A DNA stretch of 64,000 bases, taken from positions 7,200 through 71,199 of the forward strand of contig JAAAOM010000033.1 in the NCBI GenBank assembly GCA_009908855.1, written 5' to 3'. The stretch is from Bacteroidota bacterium. Lineage in GTDB: Bacteria > Bacteroidota > Bacteroidia > Bacteroidales > JAAAOM01. The position numbers were made by a program, and so were the translations under genes. This document shows positions 46,265 to 59,200 of this stretch, piece after piece (positions within the stretch are counted from its first letter, which is position 1; the number at the start of each line of letters is the position of its first letter). The notes under the pieces are model-generated. The model saw only the letters and a list, made by a program, of their open reading frames with translations, did not search any database and was not told the DNA's origin.

Positions 46265-49249
46265 ATGGAAAAACAATATTACAGAAGCTTAGACGAGTTA
46301 AAGGTTGATCGGGAAAAGGTGAATGAAAAACCCGTGAAGGAATTTGAAGCAGAGAAAGATGTTCTTCTTGATCTTATGGAAGAAAATAATTTCAACACCT
46401 CCTCATCACGACGGGATTTCTTAAAAGTATTTGGATTTAGTATTGCTTCAGCCGCCGTTTTAGCCAGTTGCGAACAACCTGTGCGCAAGGCAATCCCTTA
46501 TTTAAACAGGCCTGAAGAAATAACTCCGGGAAAAGCAAACTATTATGCCTCCACATATTTTGATGGCAATGATTATTGTAGTGTACTCGTAAAAGTGCGA
46601 GATGGACGACCCATTAAAATTGAAGGAAATACCCTGTCATCTGTAACCAAAGGTGGTACCAACGCACGCACACAAGCCTCGGTTCTGAGCCTGTATGATA
46701 ACGCCCGATATAAAGCCCCTGCCATTAAAGGTGAAGAAACAACATGGAAAAATATTGACCAGGATATTCAAAACCAGCTGAACCAACTTACACAAAATAA
46801 GGAAAAAATCGTTCTCCTTACACCAACCATTATCAGCCCGTCTACCAAAGCTGTGATTGAGCAGTTTCAGCAAAAATATCCCACAACACAACATATACAA
46901 TATGATGCTGTTTCGGCAAGTGGTATATTAGATGCCAATAAAAAAACATTCGGACAGGCTTTCATCCCGTCTTATCACTTCGAGAAAGCAGCGACCATTG
47001 TCAGCTTTGGAGCTGACTTTTTAGGATCGTGGTTATCACCTGTTGAATATACCAAGCAGTATGTGCAAATGCGAAAACTGGATGAGGGTGAACAAAAAAT
47101 GTCTCATCACATACATGTTGAAGCAGGCATGTCGTTAACCGGTAGTAATGCCGATAAACGCATTATCGTAAAAAACTCCCGACAGAAAGCTGTAATTGCC
47201 AATGTTTATAACCATTTACTGGCACTAAGCGGCCAGTCCACATTTAATGCCCCTGAGACATCTGTTGATACCAAAGCCATTGCCGAAGAACTTTATAAAA
47301 ACAGGGGTAAATCGCTTGTTGTTTCCGGTTCCAATGATACGGATGCACAAATGATGGTTAACGGAATCAATCAGTTATTAGGTAATTTCGGAAAAACCAT
47401 TGATACTTCCGTTCACTTAAAAATTAAACAAGGTATTGACCAGGAAATGGAATCCCTTGTTCAGGAAATGAATGAGGGTACTGTGGGTGGCGTAATTATG
47501 TGGAATGTGAATCCCGTGTATGACTACCCCGGAACAGATGCTTTTTCATCTGCTTTAAAAAACACAAAGCTGCGCGTATCACTGGCCGAATCGAAAAATG
47601 AAACAGCCGAAGAAACGGAATATATTTGTCCGGTCAACCATTATTTAGAAAGCTGGAATGATGCAGAAATAAAAACAGGCCATTATTCGCTTGGCCAACC
47701 TGCCATTCGTCCGATTTTTAGCACACGCCAGGGGCAGGAAAGCCTTTTGAGATGGACCGGATCAAATACCGAGTACCATGAATATTTAAAAAACTACTGG
47801 ACCGGTAATCTATTCCCGGCATCCGGATATTTATCAGCCGATAAATTCTGGACCGATAAATTACATGATGGTATTTACGAAACCGATCAATCTGAAACCA
47901 ACATAAATGGTTTTTCGTCCAACGCAATAGTGAATGCTGTTAGCCAATTAAAAAACGAATCCACTAAAAATATTGAATTAGAGCTGTATCAGAATGTAAG
48001 TGTGGGAAATGGTACACATGCCAACAACCCCTGGTTACAGGAATTACCCGACCCGGTAACCAAAATTTGCTGGGATAACTATGCAGCCATATCCCCTAAG
48101 CTAGCTGAAGAAATGGGTATTGAAGATAATGACCTGATTCGTATTGATCAAAAACCCATTCCGGCCGTTATTCAACCCGGTCAGGAATATAAAACCATTT
48201 CTGTTGCACTGGGCTATGGCCGGCAAAAAGCAGGTACAGTAGGAGAAAAAGTAGGTGTAAATGCATACATTTTTTCGCGGTTTGCTGATGGTCAACGGCT
48301 TACCTGGTCAACGGTAAAAGAAGTGAATAAAGCCGGGGAAAAATACCCTTTGGCACGTACACAAACGCATCATTCGATGGAAGGCAGAGCCATTGTACGC
48401 GAAGCTACCCTTAAGGAATATCAAAAAAATCCTGCTGCCGGAAATGAATTACATGAAAAAATTGAATCACATCATAAAACATTATATGATAAACACGAAT
48501 TCCCGGGGCATCACTGGGGAATGGCCATAGACCTGAATTCATGTACAGGTTGCAATGCCTGTGTAGTTGGATGTTCGTCAGAAAACAACGTCCCGGTTGT
48601 TGGCAAAAAGCAGGTATTGATGGCCCGTGAGATGCATTGGATTCGGATTGACCGCTATTATCAGGGCGATCAGGAAAATCCGTCGGTTGTGCGTCAACCG
48701 GTTATGTGCCAACATTGCGATAATGCACCTTGTGAGAATGTATGTCCGGTTGCAGCCACCACGCATAGCAACGAAGGTATCAACCAAATGGCTTATAATC
48801 GTTGTATTGGTACTCGTTATTGCAATAATAACTGTCCTTATAAAGTACGACGTTTCAATTTTTATGATTATACAGGAGCCGATGCATTGCCCGGAAATAT
48901 AGTTGATCCGGCCGAGATGACGCTTGACCTGAAACGCATGGTATTAAATCCGGATGTAACCATCCGAGCCAAAGGGGTGATTGAAAAATGCTCATTCTGT
49001 GTGCAACGTATCCAGGAGAAAAAACTGGATGCCAAGCTGGAAAACCGGCAGTTGGGCGACGGAGAGATCAAGCCTGCCTGCGCACAGGCATGTCCTGCTG
49101 ATGCTATTGTGTTTGGCGATTTAAATGACGAAAACAGTAAGGTATCCAAGATATTCAAAGACCAGCGAAGCTATCATTTGCTTGAAGAATTGCATACATT
49201 ACCATCCGTTGGTTATTTAACAAAAATCAGGAATAAAGAAGAAGCATAA
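46265..49249 (+). CDS. actB: Alternative complex III subunit ActB
   Basis: SRRDFLK Tat motif plus lipobox LASC; DGRPIKIEGN; C-terminal Fe-S motifs (CTGCNAC, CQHCDNAPC, CIGTRYC, CSFC). Confidence 0.95.
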   Translation: MEKQYYRSLDELKVDREKVNEKPVKEFEAEKDVLLDLMEENNFNTSSSRRDFLKVFGFSIASAAVLASCEQPVRKAIPYLNRPEEITPGKANYYASTYFDGNDYCSVLVKVRDGRPIKIEGNTLSSVTKGGTNARTQASVLSLYDNARYKAPAIKGEETTWKNIDQDIQNQLNQLTQNKEKIVLLTPTIISPSTKAVIEQFQQKYPTTQHIQYDAVSASGILDANKKTFGQAFIPSYHFEKAATIVSFGADFLGSWLSPVEYTKQYVQMRKLDEGEQKMSHHIHVEAGMSLTGSNADKRIIVKNSRQKAVIANVYNHLLALSGQSTFNAPETSVDTKAIAEELYKNRGKSLVVSGSNDTDAQMMVNGINQLLGNFGKTIDTSVHLKIKQGIDQEMESLVQEMNEGTVGGVIMWNVNPVYDYPGTDAFSSALKNTKLRVSLAESKNETAEETEYICPVNHYLESWNDAEIKTGHYSLGQPAIRPIFSTRQGQESLLRWTGSNTEYHEYLKNYWTGNLFPASGYLSADKFWTDKLHDGIYETDQSETNINGFSSNAIVNAVSQLKNESTKNIELELYQNVSVGNGTHANNPWLQELPDPVTKICWDNYAAISPKLAEEMGIEDNDLIRIDQKPIPAVIQPGQEYKTISVALGYGRQKAGTVGEKVGVNAYIFSRFADGQRLTWSTVKEVNKAGEKYPLARTQTHHSMEGRAIVREATLKEYQKNPAAGNELHEKIESHHKTLYDKHEFPGHHWGMAIDLNSCTGCNACVVGCSSENNVPVVGKKQVLMAREMHWIRIDRYYQGDQENPSVVRQPVMCQHCDNAPCENVCPVAATTHSNEGINQMAYNRCIGTRYCNNNCPYKVRRFNFYDYTGADALPGNIVDPAEMTLDLKRMVLNPDVTIRAKGVIEKCSFCVQRIQEKKLDAKLENRQLGDGEIKPACAQACPADAIVFGDLNDENSKVSKIFKDQRSYHLLEELHTLPSVGYLTKIRNKEEA

Positions 49250-49270
49250 TCATTTTAAATCTAAATACGC

Positions 49271-50641
49271 ATGTACGTATCTCCGGTTAGAGAACCATTA
49301 ATAAAAGGGAAAAAGGACTATAATAAAGTTACAGAAGATATTACTGCTCCCATGGCAGGAAAGCCATCGAAATATTGGTATATGGGGATTGGCTTATCAC
49401 TGCTTGCTTTGTTGGCAGGCGGAATAGGAACGGTTATTACCATTTGGTATGGAATAGGTACCTGGGGGCTCAACAAAACCATTGGATGGGGTTGGGGAAT
49501 TACCAATCTGGTATGGTGGATTGGAATAGGTCATGCCGGCACCTTTATATCTGCTATTTTATTGTTGTTCCGCCAAAAGTGGAGAACCAGTATCAACCGA
49601 TCAGCCGAAGCCATGACACTTATGGCCGTTACATGTGCCGGATTTTTTCCGCTTATTCACATGGGGCGATTATTACTTGGTTTTTTTATCATTCCTTATC
49701 CCAATACACGCGATTTATGGGTAAACTTTAATTCCCCCCTTTTATGGGATGTATTCGCAATTTCAACATACGGTATTGTATCCCTATTGTTTTGGTATAC
49801 CGGCTTAATACCAGATTTGGCTACGATGCGTGATCGTGCTACACATAAAATTAAGAAAGCAATTTATAATTTATTAAGTTTCGGATGGACGGGATCGGCA
49901 AGACATTGGAGCCGTCATGAAACTTTAAGTCTAATCATGGCCGGATTGGCAGCACCCCTGGTTCTCTCTGTTCATACCATTGTAAGTTTTGATTTCGCCA
50001 CATCCGTAATCCCGGGTTGGCATACCACTATATTCCCGCCATATTTCGTATCAGGTGCAATATTCTCGGGTTTTGCGATGGTATTAACACTGATGATTGT
50101 TGCCAGAAAAGCACTGAACCTTGAAGATTATATTACTGTGAATCATGTGGAGTCCATGAATAAAATTATTATAACCACAGGTTCAATTGTTGGAATTGCT
50201 TATTTAACAGAGCTCTTCGTTGCATGGTATTCAGGTGTGGAATATGAACAATATGCCTTTATGAACAGAGCATTGGGGCCTTATGCCTGGGCTTACTGGA
50301 TTATGATGACATGCAATGTGATCACTCCGCAATTGTTTTGGTTTAAAAAAATCAGAAGAAGTTTAATCGCCACATTCATAATTTCCATTTTTGTGAACAT
50401 TGGCATGTGGTTCGAAAGATTTGTAATTATTATAACTTCGTTGCACAGGGATTTTTTACCATCAAGTTGGTCGATGTATGCACCATCGTTGGTGGAAGTG
50501 GCTTTATTTATTGGTACGCTGGGATTATTTTTCACCCTGTTTCTGCTGTTTATCAGAGCATTCCCAATAATTGCAATTGCGGAAGTAAAAAGTGTATTGA
50601 AATCGTCAGGAGAAAATAAGAAACATTCAAATCATGAATAA
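49271..50641 (+). CDS. actC: Alternative complex III subunit ActC (NrfD family)
   Basis: [33 protein letters not shown]. Confidence 0.95.
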   Translation: MYVSPVREPLIKGKKDYNKVTEDITAPMAGKPSKYWYMGIGLSLLALLAGGIGTVITIWYGIGTWGLNKTIGWGWGITNLVWWIGIGHAGTFISAILLLFRQKWRTSINRSAEAMTLMAVTCAGFFPLIHMGRLLLGFFIIPYPNTRDLWVNFNSPLLWDVFAISTYGIVSLLFWYTGLIPDLATMRDRATHKIKKAIYNLLSFGWTGSARHWSRHETLSLIMAGLAAPLVLSVHTIVSFDFATSVIPGWHTTIFPPYFVSGAIFSGFAMVLTLMIVARKALNLEDYITVNHVESMNKIIITTGSIVGIAYLTELFVAWYSGVEYEQYAFMNRALGPYAWAYWIMMTCNVITPQLFWFKKIRRSLIATFIISIFVNIGMWFERFVIIITSLHRDFLPSSWSMYAPSLVEVALFIGTLGLFFTLFLLFIRAFPIIAIAEVKSVLKSSGENKKHSNHE

Positions 50642-51158
50642 TCAACAATATATAACTGCTTATTATTTAGATGATGATGACCTCATGAAGTCGGTGAAGC
50701 ATATCAGGGAAAAAGGACTTTCGATTAACGATGTACTTACTCCTTTCCCGGTTCACGGATTGGATAAATTACTGGGTCATCGTCGTTCGTACCTGCCTCA
50801 GGTTGGATTTATCGGTGGCGCGATTGGTGCTATATGTGGATTCTATTTTCAGTATTGGATATTTACCGAAGCATATCCTTTGAATTTTGGAGGTAAACCA
50901 TTTGCTTCAATTCCCTCTTTTATACCTGTAACATTTGAATGTACCGTGCTTTTTGCGGCTTTTTCAATGTTTTTTGCATTTTTAATACGGTCTGGTTTAG
51001 GGTTGGGGGCACAAGCAAAAATTCATGATGAAAAGGTTACTGACGATCGCTTTATGGTGATTATTCCGATTGACGAAAGCAATCGACAGGATAGCATAAA
51101 CCATATTGAAGCTGTTTTAAACGAAACAGGAGCCAAAGAAGTTAAAGTAAACGGATAG
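50634..51158 (+). CDS. actD: Alternative complex III subunit ActD (DUF3341)
   Basis: [25 protein letters not shown]. Confidence 0.93.
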   Translation: MNNQQYITAYYLDDDDLMKSVKHIREKGLSINDVLTPFPVHGLDKLLGHRRSYLPQVGFIGGAIGAICGFYFQYWIFTEAYPLNFGGKPFASIPSFIPVTFECTVLFAAFSMFFAFLIRSGLGLGAQAKIHDEKVTDDRFMVIIPIDESNRQDSINHIEAVLNETGAKEVKVNG

Positions 51159-51174
51159 AAATTATTTTATAAAC

Positions 51175-52347
51175 ATGGAGCATAAACAATTCCAATTTAA
51201 CAATAAAGTTATAATCCCGTCGGTTTTATTGCTGATTTTAGGTATTCTGGCAGTAATCGGAGCATTGGTAACTGATATTCCACGCGAAAGAATCATTGCC
51301 AATCTTCATTTAAATAATGTCTATTTCCTGGCATTTGCATTATGTGGATTATTTTTTGTGGCCGTTCATTCCATAGCAGAATCCGGATGGCATACAAGCA
51401 TTCAGCGTATTCCTGAAGCCATGGGAATGTTTGTGCCCTTTGCAGGAATAATAATGCTTGTTTTGTTTATTTTCGGCAAACATGACCTTTTTCACTGGAC
51501 CCATACCGATCATCTCGATGAAGTATTGCTTCACAAACAGCCCTATTTAAATTCAACATTCTTTTATATCCGTTTTGTTGTTTATTTCCTCGGTTGGGGG
51601 CTGTTGGGATATGCCCTTCGTAAAAATTCATTGCTGTTGGGTGAAACCGGAGACATTAAATACTTTAACAAGCAAAGAACTTTTTCGGCAATATTTGTGG
51701 TGTTTTTTGCTATTACCAGTTCAACAGCGTCATGGGATTGGTTAATGTCTATTGATGCCCATTGGTTTAGCACGCTATACGGCTGGTACATATTTTCCAG
51801 CTTATTGGTAAGTGGTATGGCTGTGATAACATTATTTGTGCTGCTTCTAAGACGTATGGGATATTTACCACATGTGAATATTGAACATTTGAATGACCTG
51901 GGACGGTATATGTTTGCATTTAGTATATTCTGGATGTATCTGTGGTTTTCTCAGTATATGCTTTATTGGTACGGTAATATTCCCGAAGAGACAGTTTATT
52001 ACTATGAACGATTAAATAATTTTGAGAACTATTTCTTTATAAATATCATACTTTGCTTTGCAGCACCTTTTTTGATTATTATGCTCCGTCAAATGAAGCG
52101 CATACCGTTTGTATTAGGTATAACATCTGTGATTATTATTGTGGGACACTGGGTTGATTTTTATCAACTTATTATGCCCGGTTCCATTGGTGATAAAGCA
52201 GGATTTGGAATGTTGGAAATCGGATTGACACTGGGGTATTTTGGTTTGTTTGCATTGTTTGTATTCAGGGCATTGTCAAAAGCGCCCTTAGTTCCAAAGA
52301 ATCATCCGTTTTATAAAGAAAGTCTGGAATATCATACCAATTATTAA
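51175..52347 (+). CDS. actF: Alternative complex III subunit ActF
   Basis: WDWLMSIDAHWFSTLYG, HLNDLG, WFSQYML.WYGNIPEE. Confidence 0.93.
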   Translation: MEHKQFQFNNKVIIPSVLLLILGILAVIGALVTDIPRERIIANLHLNNVYFLAFALCGLFFVAVHSIAESGWHTSIQRIPEAMGMFVPFAGIIMLVLFIFGKHDLFHWTHTDHLDEVLLHKQPYLNSTFFYIRFVVYFLGWGLLGYALRKNSLLLGETGDIKYFNKQRTFSAIFVVFFAITSSTASWDWLMSIDAHWFSTLYGWYIFSSLLVSGMAVITLFVLLLRRMGYLPHVNIEHLNDLGRYMFAFSIFWMYLWFSQYMLYWYGNIPEETVYYYERLNNFENYFFINIILCFAAPFLIIMLRQMKRIPFVLGITSVIIIVGHWVDFYQLIMPGSIGDKAGFGMLEIGLTLGYFGLFALFVFRALSKAPLVPKNHPFYKESLEYHTNY

Positions 52348-52351
52348 GATT

Positions 52352-52921
52352 ATGAAGAATGTAAAAATATATTGGCTGTTTATTTTCGTAGTTACGCTTT
52401 TGTGTTCATGCACCGATGATCCTGAGCATCCTGGCTATGCCTATTATCCTGATATGGCTTATTCCCAGGCTTATGAAACACAGTCGGAGAACCCTTTGTT
52501 TGCCGATGGTAAAACCATGCGCGAACCGGTGGAAGGCACCATACCTCGAGGTTATGCACCCTTCCCATACGAAAAAAACAATGATGACCGTGCACTTGCA
52601 GGCCAGGAATTATCGAATCCCATGGAGGCGACACCCGAAAATATTAAACGTGGCAAGGTAGCTTATGGTTATTATTGCCTTCAATGTCATGGCGATCAGG
52701 GAGATGGCCAGGGACATCTGTTTACCAGTGGTTTGTATCCTTATCCGCCCGCAAGTTTAATCAATGAGCGCATGCAAAATGCTCCTGACGGAGAATTCTA
52801 CCATGCCATTACCGTTGGCTTTGGTATTATGGGCGCGCATGGCCATATTGTAAGACCGGATGATCGTTGGAAAATTATTACTTACATCCGTGAGGTTCTG
52901 CAGGATCAGGATAATTCGTAG
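52352..52921 (+). CDS. actE: Alternative complex III subunit ActE (monoheme lipoprotein)
   Basis: Lipobox LCSC; PDMAYS; PVEGTIPRG; CLQCH; DRWKII.Y. Confidence 0.92.
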   Translation: MKNVKIYWLFIFVVTLLCSCTDDPEHPGYAYYPDMAYSQAYETQSENPLFADGKTMREPVEGTIPRGYAPFPYEKNNDDRALAGQELSNPMEATPENIKRGKVAYGYYCLQCHGDQGDGQGHLFTSGLYPYPPASLINERMQNAPDGEFYHAITVGFGIMGAHGHIVRPDDRWKIITYIREVLQDQDNS

Positions 52922-52969
52922 GCCTGATTTATAAACTTATATTTTTCAGTTAACAATTGCATTGCGATG

Positions 52970-53265
52970 CATTGGTGGTAGTAAACCTTGCTTTTGTGCC
53001 ATGAACATGCCATGCGAACTGCTTCTAAATGAGGTAATGTATTCATTGCAAGGTAATAAATCACTTAATTTAAAATACCAACCTAACCATTAAATAATAC
53101 ATCTATCCATGTCCTGTCGACTGCCTCCCGAAGCAATCCAATTCGATGATACAATCATAAGATTGCTACTGCAGGTGGGCATTTTACCTTGATCATTGGT
53201 ATGGTGATACCTGATTTTGTACAATGAACATGCCTTGTGATATGCAATGACGTGATGCCGTCATT
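52970..53265. repeat. About 1.4 tandem units of the dispersed repeat also found at 8441-8645
   Basis: CATTGGT...ATGAACATGCC recurs at ~52970 and ~53194; colinear with 8441-8645. Confidence 0.75.
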
Positions 53266-53280
53266 ACATATCAATGGATA

Positions 53281-56200
53281 TTATTCATTTAATATCATCA
53301 CCGGTTTAATACCTGCCCGGCCGGCTGAAATAATATTTATCATGTAATAACCTGGCTCAAATCCGGATATATTTAACTCATATAGTTGCTTTCCGGGCTT
53401 TAAGGATGTTGTTTTCTGAACAACGCCCCTGGTATCTAAAATTTCAATTTTTGCCTCTTTTTCTAATTCATTGGCAAATGATACATACGCCGAATAATTA
53501 ATCGGATTGGGATACACCGTAAATGATAACTCATTTCGTTTATGGGTTGTATAAGGAATATCTAACAAACCTTGTGGCTGATAGGAAGCAGCCTGATAAA
53601 CCAATTGATTGCTCTCATCCTGAACAAATGCAACAACACGTAAATTTTTCACATTGTAAACCGTCTGATTTACCTGGTAGGAATACCCAATGGTAGCTGA
53701 ATCACCAATTGACCAGGGATTTAAGAAGTTAGTACCTGCAGAATTGGGTTCCATCGATTTAACCACCTGCCTGAATACCTTATCACCATTAATGCCTTCA
53801 ACATCATCTTCGTCGATCACTGTTTCAATAATGACAATGTATAATGTTATATCAGCACTTGTGAAATTACGTTTGGCCTTAATAGTAACATCACCGCTTA
53901 TTATGTTATTCGATTTAGAACCTGTAATTTCAATACCAAACGCTTCCTCCTTCAGGCTTTCTGTAAGTAAGGCAGCGGCGTTCCAGGGATTGCCCGGAAA
54001 AGAATATTCCATGTTACCATTTATAATTGAGAAAGGGATCAATTCATCATCAATGTCATAATAATAAACACGGTCTCTGGCAACCTGCGGATTGTCCTTA
54101 TTAAGCGGGTCTTCTCCGGGTACTTCAGTGTGATACTGAATATCGATCACATCTAATGGATACTGATCGGTGATGTTATCAACCAGGTTATCGGCATCAA
54201 GGCTGTTATTGTCGGCGCTGTTGGTAAAATGTTCCAATAACACCACCCTGCTCCGTTCGCCCAGCCAGAAGTTGTCAAAAGCAAAACCATCAGCCGAACC
54301 TGTGCGGTTCACGGCACCATAAGCCATTCTGAATTGTACATATTCTTCACCATTCAACACATCCAGATTACTGCGGGCAGGATCACCCCAATCACTATCG
54401 TTACCGGACCAACCCATGGATGATCCACCGGGTTCTCCGTCAATTTCGTCAGCATTGTACCATTTAATGCCATTGTCAACTGACCCGACATCTGTCCATG
54501 TACGCCCATTATCTGTTGTATATTGAAGAATAACACCGTCCCTGTCATTGCTTTCAAAATCCTGCCAGATATTCATCTTTACCATAGGTCTTTTGGTGTT
54601 CTCGAAACTAAAGCATGGACTGGATACCCAGGATTGTTCATTTGCCTGATTAGCGGATACAGATGTATACCATGCCCTTGAGGTATCATTGATTAATTGG
54701 CCACTTGGCTCGCCCAGTGTCCAGCTATTCACTTCCGAAGATGATGAACTCATCCATCCGGCCGGATTAGCCGATTCGAAGGTTTGTAAATAGCCTTCTT
54801 CTGTAAGGGTAATCAGCGGTTTCAATGTAATATCCTGTGATATGCTGTCTTTACACCCATATTCATTACCTATGATCAATTTCACATTATAGGATTCGAT
54901 ATCTTCAAATGTATATGAAACCTCCATGTCAGTAAGCACACTATCCCCAAAAAACCATTTATAATCGTTAATATTTACCTGGCCGGTGGATGTATTGGTA
55001 AATTCAGTAGCATCACCGTTTGTATAACAATTGTTTTCTGTATAGAATCCTGCTATAGGAATATCACTTATAACCAAATTTTTGATTTTTGATGCAGAAC
55101 AATTATTAATAGTTGTGGCCGATAGTTCAATGTTTCTCGGGCCGGCTTCGCTGTAATAATGTGAAGGACTAAATTCCGGACTGAAATTAGCCGATCCGCT
55201 GTTGATATCATCAAAGTTCCAACTCCAGGAGATGATCGAATCAGTCGAAACCGTTTCATTGATAAAATTAGCCTGCGCATTGTTTGCAATATCCACACAA
55301 ATATTATCCAGTGAAAAGTCAATATCCGGTATCGGATTCAAATAAATGGTTTCATCCGCTTGTCGTTTACAACCGTTGCTGGTGGTGTATATGTAAGAAA
55401 TAACCGATGAATCTTCGCCCACCTGTGGGGGTCTGAATTCAAATCCACTACCGATATTACCAAATACCCCCTGGCCTTCAAAAAAGGCACTGGAATTATT
55501 ACCGATTAATGTAATATTGGTTCCGTTTTCACATACTTCCTGTGGTAAATCAGTTATGATCCATATTGAATCAACATATTCAACTTCAATATCTTTGGTG
55601 AGTTCAAATGTATCATCATCAAAATAAGTATAGGTAATAGTAAAATTGCCATCTTCCAACATACCAGGAAAAATGGTTGCTGTATTATTGCCATTATCCA
55701 CCAGTCCTTCATTACCTGAAATACTAAAACTTCCTGTATCCTGTGCTGTATTTACACCATTCACAATAAACGGGTCGTCATTAAAACAGTAAACATCTTT
55801 TTCGTTTTGTATCACAATATCTCCATCGGCACCAATTACAAAAACAGTGTCGGTATCACTATTGGTACAGGATGTATTCGGATCGGTATATTGATAATTT
55901 ATATAATGGGTTGGTGCAAATTCATAGGCTTCCTCCGGTGAGAAATATGAATTCCCGCCATCCATAATAATGCCATCAGAACCGGAGAATGTACCACCGG
56001 TAGGAGAGCCTGTAAGCAATACATCCTCACTGGTAGCACTATAAATACTTTCTAATCCTACGATTTCCACTTCCGGTAATTCATTGATGGTTATTTCACC
56101 CGAACCGTATGCCTCACCCGGACAATATGCATCATTCATTGCTGTAATGGTATAATTTCCCTCCAGATAGGCTTCGAGGTTATACGTACCGGATGCTATA

Positions 56201-59200
56201 TTGTTAATAGTATCGAAAGGAACACCATCGATGGCATAAGCGAAACTATAAGGAGCAGAACCATTAAAAACAACTGTTATTTCATCGCTTGTGTCACCAA
56301 CGCATATAGCTTCACCATCGAATATAGTGGCAAAGGGAGAATCCCGGTGATCAACAATACCCAGGCCGGATGTTGTACCACCACCACAACGTGAATCGGA
56401 AAGTGATGTCAATACATAATTTCCTTCCTGGTGCGCATCAATATAAATTGTATCGCTTGTTATACCGGTTATGGATTGTGGATTTGTACCATTTATGGTA
56501 TAGGTTAAGTTCCACGGGGCCGCACCTGTTAAAGTAATCATCAGCTCGGCTGTATCCTCCTCACAAATTATTTTATTGCCATGAATGGTAGCCGTAGGAG
56601 TCGGAATTTGGTTAATGATTGCCTGCCCGGAGACCTGACCATCGCAGTTATCATCACTCATGGAGATGAGTTCATATAAACCGGGCGTAGTAACCTGGAA
56701 ACTATATGGATCACTAAATACATTACTGCGGGTTATGGTATCCTCATCGTCAATTGAATATGTGAACGAATAAGGCTGTGTACCCTGGAAGTCCAGATTA
56801 ATCACTGCGGTAGTTCCATCATCACATATAGAATCGTTACCACTCATTACAGCACTGGCCAGTGGATATTTATTAATGGTTGCCTGGCCGCTGACAATTC
56901 CCGGACAACGATTATCATTCATTTCTTTTAATCGGAATGTTCCTTCATCACCAGTTGTAAACTCAAATTCAGAAGTTGCATTATCAGTAACACTGGTTGT
57001 ATCTGTTGCACCTACTTTGAAATATTTAAAGTCGAACGGTTGGTTACCATTAAGGCTTACTGTAATGGTTGCCTGTTCACCTTGACATATAGTGGCATTG
57101 CCGGCTATTTGAGCGGACGGGATGTTATAAAAGTCAACCTGAGCATCCCCGGAAACCGAACCTTCACAATGGGCGTCAGTTACTGTTACCAATTCATAAA
57201 GACCCGTATCGGATACGGCAAATTGATGGTTAGTGGTTTGTATCTCATCTTCGATAGAGAAACTGGAACCGTTACGTGAATAAGTAACACTCCAGGGAGC
57301 CGCACCTGTTAAATTAAGAGATAATACTGCAGTAGCCGAACCGCTGTTACATATGGTATCATCCCCTGACAGGCTGGCAGATGGTGTATTCCAAATATAT
57401 ATATTCCCCGCCCCACTGGTTGTTCCCATTGTGTACAAGTCATCCGATACGCTAACCAGGGTGTATTCTCCAGCTTCGGTTGCCGGTATGGTATAAGGAG
57501 ATGAAGTTATTCCGGATACTGTTTCAGTATCACCATCTATTGAATATGTAACCGACCAGTTTGGTGTACCGGTAAGGATAATTTTAATGCTATCGGATGT
57601 TTCACCAGGACAAATAGAGTCATTACCTGAAATAGTTGCTGTGGGTTCTTCACCAGTAATTTGGCCTGAAAACGGACTAAACACCGCGCTTCCGGGAGAT
57701 GTGCCGGATTGGGCTTCAGGTATAACCCTAAACTGAATATACATATCCTGATCTGCACCTATTAGAGAATACGTTATATCAGTAGCACCAGCTATCGGTG
57801 TGCGATTCGCCTGGGTACTATCCGGAGATCGATACCACTGAAATGATGTCGAGGACACATCTTCAGGATCACCTTCCGGATCGGAGTACTCATAAAAAGC
57901 CTCGAGTTCTGAACCGACTGCCTGAGTGCCGCTAATTGACAAATTATAAGCAACCGGTCCGGCATTGCTAATGGGACCTTTTCGAGAGCTATATACGATT
58001 TCACCGGGTGTTAAACCATCATCCGCACCTGGGATCACTGCGAAACGAATGTATTTTCCTTCATCGTCATCATCCAGTATATAGATTTGCTGATCGGCAT
58101 TGGCAATTTGTACTTCGTTGGTGCCACTCCCATCATCGGCACGATACCACCTAAATTCTGTATTTACTTCATCGTCTCCTTCATCATCGTTATATGTATA
58201 ATCGCCCGATAAGGCCTGGCCCACCGTAAGGGTTCCGGTATATGAAACGCCCGTGACATAAGGTGGATAATTAACATTGCTTACGGTCAACGGATTATCC
58301 ATATCCTGCTGATTGTTACCGTGAACCAGGTTCCAATTGGCATTGAGGTCAACTTCGTAGCTATTGCCCATAGCATCATTGGTTCCGTCGTTATCAAACA
58401 ATGTATCCATAACATTGCGGTCGTTGCCGGTTACAGCAATTGTAAAACTGGTGAGGGAAGTTATATCTTTGTTTGAGCTTGAAGAGAGTGTTCGTGTAAG
58501 ACCTTTTTTTCCGGTAATCGTAATTTCCGAGACATCAATATCATCGTTTCCTCCTATTCCGTTTGTTGCCAAGTGATTAGCGGTGAAAGATAACACACCG
58601 GTGCTCACGTTATAGGCAACATTTGATATGGCAGGAGTTGAGAGCATCATTATTTCTAATTGGCTGTTATCAGGGGAAGCAGACGTTCCGTTCCAGTCGT
58701 CAGCCAATTGTAATTCATAGGCTTGCGCACCGGATGATGTCAATCCTGTGGCATCAAACAAACCATTTAAATGGGCCACATTAATGCCCGACAATGTTAT
58801 AGTGGTTTGGGAAGCACCACCAGGTGTGGCATTGGGCGTTGAACTTAGCGTGTAGGTGGTTGCTCCTACTGCAAATGTCATATCACCTGTTTGAATATCT
58901 TCGCCTGTATTGAATTGTCCATACAGGGTGAGCTGCTGACCGGATGCGTTATATCGCGCACTATCCAGTCGTGGCAGAGCATCGCCAACAGGGCCGTACC
59001 AGGAACTAAATGCTTGTTCACCTGGTGTTTGTCCATCATCAGCACCTGGTGTAACTGCAAACCTTACAAATTTTCCGTTGTCTGCAGCTACCAACGTGTA
59101 GTTTTGTGCATTGGCGCCGGTAATTCCGGCCGAATTCGTACCGCTTCCATCATCTGCACGGAACCATTGATACGTAGAATTCTCTTCAAGGTCCCCTTTA

